From an uncultured Methanomicrobiaceae archaeon (lineage in GTDB: Archaea; Halobacteriota; Methanomicrobia; Methanomicrobiales; Methanoculleaceae), in contig CAWGXH010000004.1 in NCBI GenBank assembly GCA_963826525.1, positions 1,152,001 to 1,216,000 of the forward strand: a stretch of DNA of 64,000 nucleotides, given 5' to 3'. The position numbers and the translations under genes were made by a program. Under the pieces are notes generated by a model. It did not search any database. It saw only the letters and a list, made by a program, of their open reading frames with translations, and had not been told where the DNA came from. Shown here in pieces: positions 1 through 11,033 of the stretch (positions within the stretch are counted from its first letter, which is position 1; every line of letters starts with the position of its first letter).

Positions 1-291
1 AATGAGTTCCGGACGCGCGAGTTCCCCGCTCATCACCTTGATCGCCGCACGGAGGTGGAACGCCCCGCCGGCCGCCCGTGCGGAGAGGCCGTCGCCGCTG
101 AAGATATAGACCGTTCCTTCATGCACCGGAAAGGGAAAGTCCGACCAGTTCGGGTCGTTCGGCCAGGAGTAGGCGAGCTCCGGCCTCTCCGGTCGGACGG
201 TCAGCCGGAAGAATGCAGGGATGACTCCGAGCCACGGTGCGATAGCCTCGCGGAGCCGGTCGGTCTCGAAGTATACGTCAAGTGCGGGCAT
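1..291 (-). CDS. Hypothetical protein, partial (runs off left edge)
   Basis: Own translation: open minus-strand frame from ATG at 291 (MPALDVYFETDRLREAIAPWLG...ELARPELI) to position 1; true start may lie further upstream across an indel. Confidence 0.45.
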   Translation of the reverse strand, partial: MPALDVYFETDRLREAIAPWLGVIPAFFRLTVRPERPELAYSWPNDPNWSDFPFPVHEGTVYIFSGDGLSARAAGGAFHLRAAIKVMSGELARPELI

Positions 292-494
292 CCCCGCGGC
301 ATCACCCGCAGAGGTAGTGTAGTTATCGGTGCCGATGGAAAAAGATCAGGAATCTTCCCGATGCACCTCACCTCTGTTCGATCCGTCACGGGCTCCTGCA
401 GGAATCGGAATGCATTAATGTGGCAGGATAGCATGTTCCGATAGTGACGGGGCTCATGCCGTGCCGCCCTGTTACTGTGCGAGGTGTATCTGGT

Positions 495-2046
495 ATGAGG
501 AATACGCATCTGCCGCTTGTGGTAATCTGTGCCGTCTGCTGCATCTTCTGCCTCAGGCTGTATCACGTCGTCGTCATCGCCGGCGGACGGGAATGCCGGT
601 GCTGATCCGGCGGCGGGTATCGGGAACGTGAGTCTCCGGCTCTATACCGAGGATTTCCCGCCGTACAACGCCATCGATAAAGACGGGATGATCACCGGCC
701 AGTCGACCGCGGTCGTCCGGGAGATCGCAGAGCGCCTGGGTCAGAACGTGACGATCGAACTGGTGCCGTGGGCGGAGGGATACGGGCACGCCCTGAACGA
801 GCCCGATACGGGGCTCTACTCCGCCGCCCGGACTGCCGAACGTGAACCGCTCTTCCTCTGGGTGGGGCCTATCGGCACCTACGAGTACGTCTTTTATGCA
901 AAGAACGGCTCGGGAATCTCCGCTCCGACCCTTGACGCGGTGAGAAAGGTTCGGGCCGTCGGCGTGGTGAAAGACGATGTCCGCCACCAGTACCTGGCGG
1001 CGAACGGCCTTGCGAATCTCGTCCTCTATCCAAACGATACTGCTGCTGTCCGGGATCTTCTGAACGGCACGATCGATCTCTGGCTCGGGAGCAGCAACAC
1101 CGCCCGGGCGACTGCCCTTGCCGCAGGCATCGACCCTGCGGAACTGACGCCGGTCTATCCGGTCAGGAAGGACGAGCTCTTCATCGCCTTCAACAACGAA
1201 ACGCCGCCTGCCGTGGTCGATGCCTGGCAGGAGACACTGAACGCAATGAAACGGGACGGCACCTACGATGCCATCCTCTCCCGGTATCAGGGATCGGGAA
1301 CCGGCACGGAGAACCGAAGTCCGGATTCCGGTACGATGGACGTGCCCGGGGCGATCGCGCTCTCGTCGGTGATCGCGTATACCGACCTGCGGCTGGAGTC
1401 CATCGACCGGGTGCTCGAGGCTCTGGCAACGACCGAAGAGGTGCGGTCGGGGGAATGGGAGCGAATTATGCCGCTTCTGGCCGATGCGGAACAGAAAGAC
1501 CCCGCCGCACGGCTCTGGTACTCCCGGCCGAACGGGACGTATTATACGACCGTGGACGGCCTTGCCGCTTCAAACCTCATGAGCCGGCCGTATTTCCCTA
1601 CTGTGCTCGCGGGCAACGTCTCGATCGGCACCGTGGTGGTCAGTCATTCGACCGGGAAGAGTACGGCCATCGTCGCGGTTCCGGTGATGGAGCAGGGTGC
1701 GGTTACGGGAGTGCTCGGTGCCTCCGTGTACCTGGATGAATTCTCCGTCGCTATCCGGGAGTCACTGGATCTTCGGGATCCGATCTTCTTCTTCGCGCTC
1801 GATCGGCAGGGGATGTACGCTCTCAACTCCCGGGAAGAGCGGATCTCACAGAATTCTACAGAGCAGGACACCACGTCCGCCACCGAAGCAATGGAACGGA
1901 TTCTCTCGGAGGATGAGGGCACCGTGGCATACACGTCCGAAGGGGAGCAGCGGCAGGTGATCTTTGGCTCCTCCCCCCTGACCGGGTGGCGGTTTGCGCT
2001 CGGGAAGATCACCGGTGATGTATCCGGAGAGCGTGCTGCGTCGTAG
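495..2046 (+). CDS. Exported lipoprotein: amino-acid-type substrate-binding domain (SBP_bac_3) fused to a C-terminal Cache domain (frameshift near 555)
   Basis: GAGGTG RBS at 481, ATG 495 with hydrophobic leader joining ASGC lipobox; YTEDFPPYN...PW..GY SBP motifs; C-terminal RPYF...VVSHSTGK...VAVPV Cache motifs; no TM or cytoplasmic domain. Confidence 0.8.
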
Positions 2047-2196
2047 TCTCTTGCGCACGGTTTCTGCGGGAGAGCGTGCCGGATAGCCTCCCGGGAACCC
2101 TTCTGCATCCAGCGTTCCCTTACCTCGTCGGGGTGTCGGCGGCATCTCGCCGATCCATACCGGGCGGCCCCGGGGCGCTCTTCACCCCCCTGCCTT

Positions 2197-4386
2197 TCAG
2201 GAGTGCTTGCGCAGGAACGCCCGTATCTTCTCCGACTCGATCCAGCCGCGGTCGAGCTCGGTGACGATACCGTCGATGGCCATCGCCTGCTCGACGATCT
2301 TCGCCGATGAAGGGGTCTCCTCAAGGCCGGCTATCCCCACGATCACCTGGAGCGGGTTCCGGATGTGGTCGTTCAGAATAGCAAACTGCTCCATATTCCG
2401 GTCTATCTGCTCGTATGCCTTCATCTTCTCGGCTTCGACCGCCGTGCGCTCTTCGATCTCTTCCCTGAGCCGTCCGGTAGCCGCCTGCAGGTCGGCTGTC
2501 CTTTCGGCAACCTTTCTTTCGAGTTCCTCTTCGGCCTGCTTGCGCTCGGTGATGTCGATGAAACTCTCAAGGAGGTACGCTTCCCCCCTCAGACGGACGG
2601 GCACGACGGTCTTCAGGATCGGAAGGCTGCTCCCGTGCGCCGTCAGGAGTGTCCGCTCAGCGTTATCGACCTGCTGTCCGGAGTCGGTGATCGGACAGTT
2701 TCCCCGCTGCTGCGGACAGATGTACCGGTAGCATTCTCTCCCGAGCATCTCGCCGCGCGACGCCCCTACCATCCGGAGCGCCGCGGGGTTTGCATCGGCA
2801 ATGGTATGGGTCTTCGGATCGATGACGACGATCCCCGCCTGGATGGACTCGAGGATCGTTTCGAGGTACTGCCGGTTCTCTTTCAGGCTCTCCTCGGCAC
2901 GCCGCCGCTCCTTAATCTCGGCTGTCAGGTGACTGTTCACCGCCGTAGAGTTCGCTCGTCCGTTCCCGGACGAGGTCTTCGAGGTGAAGCCGGTATCTTC
3001 GAGCTGCTGCTCCGCTCTCCTCCGTTCGGTGATATCCCGGGCCACGACGAGCTCCGCCCGCCGGTCGTCCAGGGTGATGGCCCGGGAACTTGCCTCGACC
3101 GGAATCGGCGTGCCGTCCTTCCCTCTCATCTCGGCAGCATAAAGAGCAGGACTCATCGGAGCGGCCGCGATATCCGTGCCGATAAGTGCGGATGCCGGTA
3201 GACCAAGCAGTTCCTCCCGGGTATACCCGAGCCGGCTGCATGCCTGGTCGCATGCCTCGAGGATCTTCCCCGGGCTGCCGTCGTCACCGACGGAGTAGAC
3301 CAGCGTGAGATCGCTGCCGGTGTTGAAGAGGAGACGGTAGCGGTCGTTGCTCTCCTCAAGGGCATGCAGCATACCGTTGATTGCGCCGGCAAGCCCCGTG
3401 ATCTCGTCGTCGCCCGTCTCCGGGAGACGGGATGCGAAGTCGCCCGAAGCTCCTATCACAGTGACGTCCGTATTCAGGGAGGCTACCCGGGAAATGACGC
3501 CGTTCTTCAAGAGGCAGACGGATACGATCCCGAATGCCACCCCGACTACCAGCAGTGCGAAGAAGAGGTAGGTGATGGCGGCGAGACCCTGCCGGTAGAT
3601 CGTCCTTGGTGCGTCCACGCGCAGAACTGCCGCAGGCGTCCCGGCAAGATCGGTGAGCGCGGCGTACCCGCTGACGACTTCGTCGTTCGTCGGGAGCACG
3701 GCGACGCCCCCCGATGCCTGCAGGGCTGTCTCCACGTCTCCGGGGATCTCGCCTCCGTCCGGGTCGAGAAAGACGATCGAGAGCTGCGCCGTATCTGCAA
3801 GATACCCGACCATCGCCTCGTCGAGATACCTGCCCATCAGCAGGACTCCCCTGACAGGCCCTTCTCCGGTGCTCGTGGTGATCGGCTGCGAGGAGATGAG
3901 CATCAGACCTTCAGGAAGACGGATTATGCCTCTGCTGCTGCCTTCCGGGCTCTGGTGCCGTATCAGACGTTCTTCAGCGATGATCCGTTCGACGACCTCG
4001 TCCGGGAGGGGAACGGGTGAGCCCGATGAAAGGTCGAACGCCTCTGAATAGACGATCGTCCCCGAATCGCCGACGTAGAGTATCAGATTCAGGCCGAGGT
4101 TGCTGAATGTCTCATCGACGAGATTCGACCCGATATACTCCTCGTTTCGGTCGTCGATGAAGGCGTAGGTATCGTCCCACTTCGCCCAGTCCTGGTTCAT
4201 CCTGTCGATCGAGGCTATCTCGTTATCGAGCGCACGCGCTGCCCGTTGCACCTGCTCCTGCATACCCTGCTCTTCGAGCGACGTATAACTCTCGAGCAGC
4301 AGGGTACCCGATACGAGAGCAAGTGTTCCCATGAGGCAGGCGAGGGTCAGGGCAATGATGATCAGCGTGCGCGTAAGAATTTTCAT
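2197..4386 (-). CDS. Membrane sensor: TM-CHASE4-TM-HAMP-PAS-PAS with HisKA-like tail, no HATPase
   Basis: DWAKWDDTYAF CHASE4 motif, DEITGLAGAINGML HAMP, two DITER PAS ends, tail NDHIRNPLQVIVG...ELDRGWIES; compensating indel pair near 2940-3000. Confidence 0.85.
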   Translation of the reverse strand: MKILTRTLIIIALTLACLMGTLALVSGTLLLESYTSLEEQGMQEQVQRAARALDNEIASIDRMNQDWAKWDDTYAFIDDRNEEYIGSNLVDETFSNLGLNLILYVGDSGTIVYSEAFDLSSGSPVPLPDEVVERIIAEERLIRHQSPEGSSRGIIRLPEGLMLISSQPITTSTGEGPVRGVLLMGRYLDEAMVGYLADTAQLSIVFLDPDGGEIPGDVETALQASGGVAVLPTNDEVVSGYAALTDLAGTPAAVLRVDAPRTIYRQGLAAITYLFFALLVVGVAFGIVSVCLLKNGVISRVASLNTDVTVIGASGDFASRLPETGDDEITGLAGAINGMLHALEESNDRYRLLFNTGSDLTLVYSVGDDGSPGKILEACDQACSRLGYTREELLGLPASALIGTDIAAAPMSPALYAAEMRGKDGTPIPVEASSRAITLDDRRAELVVARDITERRRAEQQLEDTGFTSKTSSGNGRANSTAVNSHLTAEIKERRRAEESLKENRQYLETILESIQAGIVVIDPKTHTIADANPAALRMVGASRGEMLGRECYRYICPQQRGNCPITDSGQQVDNAERTLLTAHGSSLPILKTVVPVRLRGEAYLLESFIDITERKQAEEELERKVAERTADLQAATGRLREEIEERTAVEAEKMKAYEQIDRNMEQFAILNDHIRNPLQVIVGIAGLEETPSSAKIVEQAMAIDGIVTELDRGWIESEKIRAFLRKHS

Positions 4387-4871
4387 GTGATAGCCTCTGA
4401 CGTCCGGTCGCGGCGGAGTACCGGTATCAGAGATCCCCTCCTGCGCCCCACCCCGCTCCGCGGCAGCGTGCTGAGCCTCTTTCTCTCTTTACCGGCTGGT
4501 AATCCTATATTTGAATTGCTTTCGCGCCATATGAACGTTTCAAAATCGTCGCGGGATGACCTTTGACGGGATAACGAGTCCGGTTCATCCCCCGAACGCT
4601 CTGTGAACCGGTAGATCCAGTACCATTGGACAAATACAGTCCATTTGGAATAAATGTCTGAAAATTCAATTTTACTATTTAATTACACCGGAAACCGGGC
4701 AGCGATAATCTTCAGCGAAAGCTGAAACCGGTTCCGTTTAGCAGGAAATGCCGCGAATGCAATTCATTATGAACCATACGACTCTCAAGGGCACTTCGGC
4801 CGTCCCTCCTCCCGTGGTGGTACCACTCACGGACGAGCCGGAGATAAGCCTGCATTTCCGGGGATAGAGGT

Positions 4872-6459
4872 ATGGTAGCGGCATCTTTCAAAGGCCGGTG
4901 GGATACCCCCGGCTCCCCATGGAGGTGGGCGGGCTCTCTCCTTCTGGTCTTCCTGGTGGCGATCCCCCTGCCGGTCGGGGCAGTCTGCCGTCCCGGGTGA
5001 TGACCCGGGTATCCGGGTTGGCGTCTATAGCGCCCCTCCCTTCTGCGATATCGGGGATGACGGAACCGTTTCGGGTTTCTGCATCGATATCCTGGAGTAC
5101 ATCGCAGCAGAGGAAGGGTGGCGGATTGTGTACGTCCCCGGCACCTGGGCGGAGTGCATAACAAGGCTTGAACGGGGGGAGATCGATCTCCTCGTGGCAA
5201 TAGCGTATACGGAGGAGCGGGACCTGCGGTTCGATTTCTCCCGTGAGTCTCTGGTGGTGGACTGGGGACAGAATCGTCTCCCGGAGAGGCGCCGGTCTCT
5301 CCTCCGTCTTTGACCTGGAGGGAAAAAGGATAGCCGTGCTGGAAGACGATGTCTACTACGCTGCGTTCCGCGAGCTTGCAGACCAGTCCGGGATACACTG
5401 CACCTTCGTCGTCGTCGACGACTACCGGGCTGTGTTCCGGGCTGTCGACGAAAAGATCGCCGATGCCGGCCTTGTGGGCAGAAGCACCGGTTACCTCTCC
5501 GGGAGCGGGTACGGGATCGAAGAGACTTCGATCGTCTGCAGCCCGAAAGAACTTCTCTTCGCCGCCCCCTCGGGGAAGAACGCTGCCCTCCTCAGCGACT
5601 CTTGACCGCCATCTCGCCCTCCTGAAGGCCGATACGGGATCGGTCTACTATCGGTCACTCGGGACATGGCTCGGCGGTGCAACCCGCCCGATCATTCCGG
5701 AATGGATCGGTGCGGTCATCGGTTCGGCACTCCTGCTCGCCGGGTGCTTCTTCGGCGGCGTTCTTCTTCTGCGGGCGCAGGTAACGCGACGGACGGAGGA
5801 ACTCCGAAGGGAGGTCGAGGAGCGGAGGCGTGCCGAGGCGGCTTTTTCCGAGAGTGAACGGCGTTTCCAGGCGGCCCTGAAGCATTCGTCGGTCTTTGTG
5901 TTTCACCAGGATGGGCTGCTCGCCTATACCTGGGTATTCAATGCTCCGGGGGGTCGGGCTCCTGGTGTCTTCCTCGGCAGAACCGATGCCGATCTCTTTC
6001 TGCCGGAGGATGCCGCCGTCCTTACCCGGTTGAAGCGGCAAGTGCTCGAGAGCGGCGGCGACGTGAAGACTGAGACTGACAGTAACCCTCGACGGGCAAA
6101 GCCGCCGCTTCTCACTGACCCTCGAACCCGATTACGACCGGGCGGGCGACGTCGGGGGGCTTATCGGAGTCGCCATCGATGTCACCGAGAAGGCACGGCA
6201 GGAGGAACAGATCCGGGAAGCGCTCTGCCAGGTCAACAGGAACTTCGAGCAGCTGGCGACGCTCAACGATCATATCCGAAACCCCCTCCAGGTGATCGTC
6301 GGCCTTGCGGCCATGACTGAAGGAAGGACGGCCGAGATCATTCTCGCGCAGTCGGAGGAGATCAACGATCTCGTCAGGGAGCTTGATACGGGGTGGCTCG
6401 AGTCGATGAAGATCCGCGACTTCCTCGTCCGGCACTATGCTCCTCCGGAAGATGAGTGA
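4872..6459 (+). CDS. Membrane sensor: SBP_bac_3-TM-PAS with HisKA-like tail, no HATPase (several frameshifts)
   Basis: Reconstructed from ORFs 5128-5313, 5243-5605, 5349-6320 and own reading: IRVGVYSAPPF...GFCIDILEYIA, TM WIGAVIGSALLLAG, PAS, tail NDHIRNPLQVIVG...ELDTGWLESMKIRDFL, TGA 6457-6459. Confidence 0.75.
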
Positions 6460-6465
6460 CCGCTA

Positions 6466-7173
6466 TCAGGGCTTCTTCTCCCGGAACCGGTGCTGGTGGC
6501 GTCTCCAGGCGAGGAATGCGCCTGCTGCCCCGAGCACGGCAAGGAGCAGTACGGCAACGCCGAGCACCGGGTCATGTCTATACAGATCGAGGATCACGTC
6601 GGTGCCGAGGGCGATGGTAAGGCAGGAGCCGATTGATCCGGCCATGACAACGGCAAAGACCCGTTGTGTGTCCATCCCGAGGAGTTTCCCGAGGATAGAA
6701 CCGTTCATCGCACCGGTTCCCTGGAACGGGAAGAAGACGAAGAGAAAGAGCCCGACGGTCGAGACGCTCCTGATGCCGGGGTGAGCTTCGCTGTAATCGT
6801 TCATCATCGAGAGCCCCCGCTTGAGCAGGCGGCCGAGGAGAGGCACTTTCATCGCAAGTTCGAAGTTCCAGGCGATGAAGAGGGCGATCGCCGCATCGAG
6901 GGCTACAAGAAGCATGGTGATAAGCCACCACGGCTGTCCCGCCAGGATGACGATCGGAATGATCGACTCCTTTCCGGCAGGCGGGACGAAGTAGGCTGCG
7001 GAGAGGCCGGTGTAGAGGAGGAACGTCTCGTACGGCTGGCTCAGGTAGATCAGGCCGAGCGCCAGCGGGATGATGGCGAGCGGGAGAACGAACTTCATGA
7101 CGGCGAGCGCGAGCGGTCCCCGTCCCAGCGCGTACTCCGATGCGGTCTTAACCGATTCTATCACGGCACTCAC
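6466..7173 (-). CDS. Small multi-drug export family membrane protein
   Basis: Hydrophobic; YFVPPAGKESIIP and FVFFPFQGTGAMNGSILG motifs. Confidence 0.75.
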   Translation of the reverse strand: MSAVIESVKTASEYALGRGPLALAVMKFVLPLAIIPLALGLIYLSQPYETFLLYTGLSAAYFVPPAGKESIIPIVILAGQPWWLITMLLVALDAAIALFIAWNFELAMKVPLLGRLLKRGLSMMNDYSEAHPGIRSVSTVGLFLFVFFPFQGTGAMNGSILGKLLGMDTQRVFAVVMAGSIGSCLTIALGTDVILDLYRHDPVLGVAVLLLAVLGAAGAFLAWRRHQHRFREKKP

Positions 7174-7314
7174 TTCTCGTCACCTCCCACGCGTATACCT
7201 GGTGATTAATCGTGCAGTCTGACAGGATATAAGGCATACTGATGGATCTTTCCGCGGCACGGGGTAACCTTCAAACGGAATGGCACGTGAAGAATGGTAT
7301 GGGACTGACCTGCT

Positions 7315-7584
7315 ATGAAGACCGAACGATCCGATCCTGAAAGATGTCTGCCGGTTATGGAGACCGGGACACGGGAGAGTGCGCTCTGCACCATCTGCAA
7401 CGTCGGCACCGCGCTCGAGCGGCTGCACGAGGTGCGCAAACACGTGCGGGGAGAGCACAAGCGCCGACTCGACGACGTTGCCGTGATCCTCCGGGTGATC
7501 GCCCTCGAGGCGCAGGCGATGTATGCGATCTCGAACGATGAGGCGACGGCAGCGCTCCGGAAGCAGAGGCCGGGCGGCGGATAA
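7315..7584 (+). CDS. Small hypothetical protein (89 aa)
   Basis: Fills gap between two minus-strand genes; AT-rich promoter-like element upstream near 7226; helical C-terminus; CTIC motif. Confidence 0.45.
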   Translation: MKTERSDPERCLPVMETGTRESALCTICNVGTALERLHEVRKHVRGEHKRRLDDVAVILRVIALEAQAMYAISNDEATAALRKQRPGGG

Positions 7585-7637
7585 CTCCGCCTCACCCCTC
7601 CCTCCGGCAAATCCTGAAAAAAGATGGCTCTAATCGA

Positions 7638-9322
7638 TCAAGAGGCCGCTTCCTTTGTCACCACAATCCGCCACTCCGTCCCGTGGAGGGCGACCGTGCC
7701 CCAGACGATCTCCTTCCGCACGGTTTGTGTGCTCCCGGTCGCCAGGAACTCGTATCCTCCGGCTCCCTCAGGCTCGGCGGCAACCCGCCGCGCGATCGCC
7801 AGCAGGCCCGGGTAGTCCGCGTAGATCGGATCCTCGAAGGTCATCTTCCCGATCTCGGCCGGATCGGGATCGTAGAGCACCCGCCCGTCCGTCTGGATAA
7901 CCGTCACCACGGTACCGGTGCCGTTCACCGCCGGACAGATGACGTCGCCGAGGAGCAGATCCGGCCTGAACGGAAGAGAGATGCCGCCCGTGATATCTCC
8001 TGAAGGCGAGGTGGCGGGGCGGGCGATGGCGGCGGCGTCGAATCCCTCGACGGTGGTGAACACGCCGCTCAGCGCCGGTTCTCCTTCTTTCAGGATCCGG
8101 ACGATATGGGTCTGTTCGCTGATATCGGTGCCGATACTTCCTCGGGTACTCCTCGGGCGCGACCGCCAGTATCCTGCCACCCGGTCCGACCGTGACGGCA
8201 TCGACCGCTGCGGGCGAGGAGGCGACGAGGTACTCGAGCACTCCTGCCGTCCCCTCACCCTCCATACCGGCCGCTCCGAAGTGCCGGGCAGCCTCGGAGA
8301 GGTTGGCATCCACGGCGGTAAGCGAAGCTTCGACCCCGCCCTCGATCCCGGTGAGGAGCGTCTGCATCCCGCTCCTCGTGGCAAGACTGTTTTCAGTGAG
8401 GTCGGCGAGGTAGATCCCCGCTCCGAGCCACCAGGTCTCGTCCACCTTCTGGACGTAACTCATCTTCGGCTCGACGGTGAGGTTGTGAGCAGGGTTCGGA
8501 TAGTCGTAGAAGATGAATCCCCCGCCCTCTTTCGCAAGGTCGATCTCCACCCGGGTGACGTTGACGCCGTAGGTATCCTTTAGATCGATCATGCTGGTCC
8601 CGACGAGGTCCTGCTGGTAGGGGAGAGCGAGGCAGGTGCCGTTGAAGTCGAGGGCATAAATGTACACTTCCCGCATGACGAACGGGCCGTTTTTGTCCAT
8701 GAACGCCGCAAGCGCTGCCTCCCTGCCGTTCGTGCGTGCATAGGCGGCCGCATCCTCGACGAACCGAACGATCTGCTCCTTTGCCTGGAGGTCGGCCTCA
8801 ACCTGCGGCGAGGCCGATTCGGCCTCCTCCCCATAGATGCCGGCTCCCAGCCACCAGGTGTCGTCAACGCGCATGACGTAGCTCAGCTTCGGTTCGATCG
8901 AGAAGTCTGCCTCCGGATTCGGATAGTAGTAGCGTACAAATCCGCTTCCGTTCTCTACTACCCCGATCATCTCCCGTATATACGCGACGCCGTTCGCATC
9001 CCGGAGGTCGAGGCGGTTCGTGCCGACGATCGCCGGTTCGTGGGGGAGCACCAGCGTGGTGCCTGTATAGTCGTAGGCGAAGATGTAGAGTTCACCGCGA
9101 GCGAACTCCCCGTTCGGGTCGTTGAAGGCCAGGATCAGCTGCTTCCTTTCCGTTTTCCCCGGCGAATTCGTATGCCCGTTCGACGAAGGCGACAAGGGCT
9201 TCCGCCGATGCATTCTCCGATCCGTTCGCCGGCGATGCTTCTTCCGGGGTGCCCATGCAGCCTGCTGCGATGAGACAGAGGATCATCGTGAGAAAGACCG
9301 TGACGGCGGTGAATAACTTCAT
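7638..9322 (-). CDS. Exported lipoprotein with two single-Cache repeats and a C-terminal dCache-type domain (frameshifted)
   Basis: MKLFTAV...IAAGC lipobox; two repeats of ELYIFAYD..GT.L.LP...YPNP....EPK.SYV..VD.TWWLGAGIY; C-terminal LYDPD..EIGK.TF.DP.Y...WRIVV; reconstructed from ORFs 9092-9322, 7768-9213, 7638-8384. Confidence 0.8.
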
Positions 9323-9535
9323 ACGGAAGAATGAGCGTAAACGGATAAAAAATCGCCGATTTAATCCGTCCCTGGGGATTTTTGGAGGATTTTCGAACGA
9401 TAAGGCGCTAGAGCAGACCGTGGATTCTCTCTTCGTGCACGCATCCCTCTTCGCAGGAGAGATCGGCCATCTCTGTCGGCATCCCCTATCGGGGGGCTGC
9501 CGCAGAGTTTAATCGTCACGAAAACCCACACCTCT

Positions 9536-10087
9536 GTGATGAACGAGTCGTCCCGGCAGCTTGTCCACCTGGTCTTCGGCCTCGGCATTGCTGCCTTTGT
9601 CTTCCTCTTCGATCGCGCGATTACCATTTCGGTTCTCATGATCGCACTCTTTGCCGGTTTCATTCTCTCCGATGCGGTCCAGCGGGGCTACACCATTCCC
9701 GGCATCTCGCAGATCATCGCGCGGCTGGAGCGGCGTGAGGCCGCCCCCGGGAAAGGGGCGCTCTTCTTCGCTCTCGGGGCACTCTTCTGCCTGGTGTTCT
9801 TCCCGACTGAAGTGGTCTTTCCTGCCCTGATCGTGCTCGCGCTGCTCGACAGCGTGACGACGATAGTCGGTGTGCGATACGGGAAACACCGCATCTACAA
9901 TAAAAAATCGCTCGAAGGCACGACTTTCGGCATCGCGGTGACGTTCGCGGCGCTGCTGCTCCTGGTGCCTCCGGGTGCGGCGCTGGCGGTTGCCGTTGTC
10001 TCCGGCATTGTCGAGCTGATAACCCCGGTCGACGACAACCTCGTTGTACCGGTCGCCGCCTGCGTCGTTCTGGCGCTTCTCCTGTGA
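9536..10087 (+). CDS. Dolichol/polyprenol kinase or phosphatidate cytidylyltransferase family membrane protein
   Basis: RQLVHLVFG, KKSLEGT and DDNLVVP motifs. Confidence 0.8.
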   Translation: MMNESSRQLVHLVFGLGIAAFVFLFDRAITISVLMIALFAGFILSDAVQRGYTIPGISQIIARLERREAAPGKGALFFALGALFCLVFFPTEVVFPALIVLALLDSVTTIVGVRYGKHRIYNKKSLEGTTFGIAVTFAALLLLVPPGAALAVAVVSGIVELITPVDDNLVVPVAACVVLALLL

Positions 10088-10224
10088 TCATCGCTCCACC
10101 TCGCCCCCCTTCCTGTCCGCGGCAGCGGTTCAGCCCTCCGGTTCATCGATTGAACCTGCTGGTTCGATCATTGTTTAACTGTCCGCACCAGAGGCTTTGG
10201 TAGACACTGCGAGGCGAAGAGACG

Positions 10225-10911
10225 ATGAAGAAAGTGATTGCAGTACTGATCGTATGCCTCCTCATCCTGCCGGGGATCGTATCGGCCGAGAAGGGAGGTC
10301 AGGGCAACGGGCAGGGCGTGGCTAAAACCATGTCCGGCGAGACGGTGCAGGGAAACCTGACCGGCGACGCCGGAAACGAGACCACGGGCGTCCAGCCCGT
10401 CCAGCTCCAGAACCAGACCCGGAAGAATGAGTCCGAGGAACAGAAGCTGCAGATAGAGCAGCGGCAACAGGAGCACCAGCAGGAGCAGGCGAACCGGTCG
10501 CTCAGTGCGAATAACTTCAATCCGGTTCGCTATGCGGTCCACAGCCTCCTTGCCATGGAGAACCGTACCGGCGGGATAGGTCCTCAGGTATCGGCCATCG
10601 CACGGAACCTGAACGAATCTGCCAACCGGACAGAACGGGCGGAAGAGCAGATCCGGTCGAGAACCGGCTTTGCCCGATTCTTCTTCGGAGGAGATTCGGA
10701 GGCGGCCGACCAGATAGAGCAGCAGATGAATCAGACCCGCGAGCAGATCAGGGAACTCTCCCGGTTGTGCGAGAACGCTACCTGTGATAACCAGACCCGG
10801 ACGATGCTGCAGGAGCAGATCAGGCTCGTCGAAGAGGAACAGCAGCGCCTCTTCGATCTTGCCGGCAGGGAACGGCAGGACAGGGGACTCCTCGGCTGGC
10901 TCTGGAACTGA
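10225..10911 (+). CDS. Secreted Q/E-rich coiled-coil protein of unknown function
   Basis: Signal peptide MKKVIAVLIVCLLILPGIVSA; GGIGPQVSAIA motif; C-terminal GLLGWLW. Confidence 0.75.
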   Translation: MKKVIAVLIVCLLILPGIVSAEKGGQGNGQGVAKTMSGETVQGNLTGDAGNETTGVQPVQLQNQTRKNESEEQKLQIEQRQQEHQQEQANRSLSANNFNPVRYAVHSLLAMENRTGGIGPQVSAIARNLNESANRTERAEEQIRSRTGFARFFFGGDSEAADQIEQQMNQTREQIRELSRLCENATCDNQTRTMLQEQIRLVEEEQQRLFDLAGRERQDRGLLGWLWN

Positions 10912-11033
10912 TATCCCTCTTTTCCGGGAACCGATCCCGGGAGAAGCAGGGGACATTCTCTCTCTTTTTATCGGAAAACCGTTCCGGTGATCTCCGCGAC
11001 CTCTCCTGAAGGATCCTGTGCGGAGCCGGAGGT

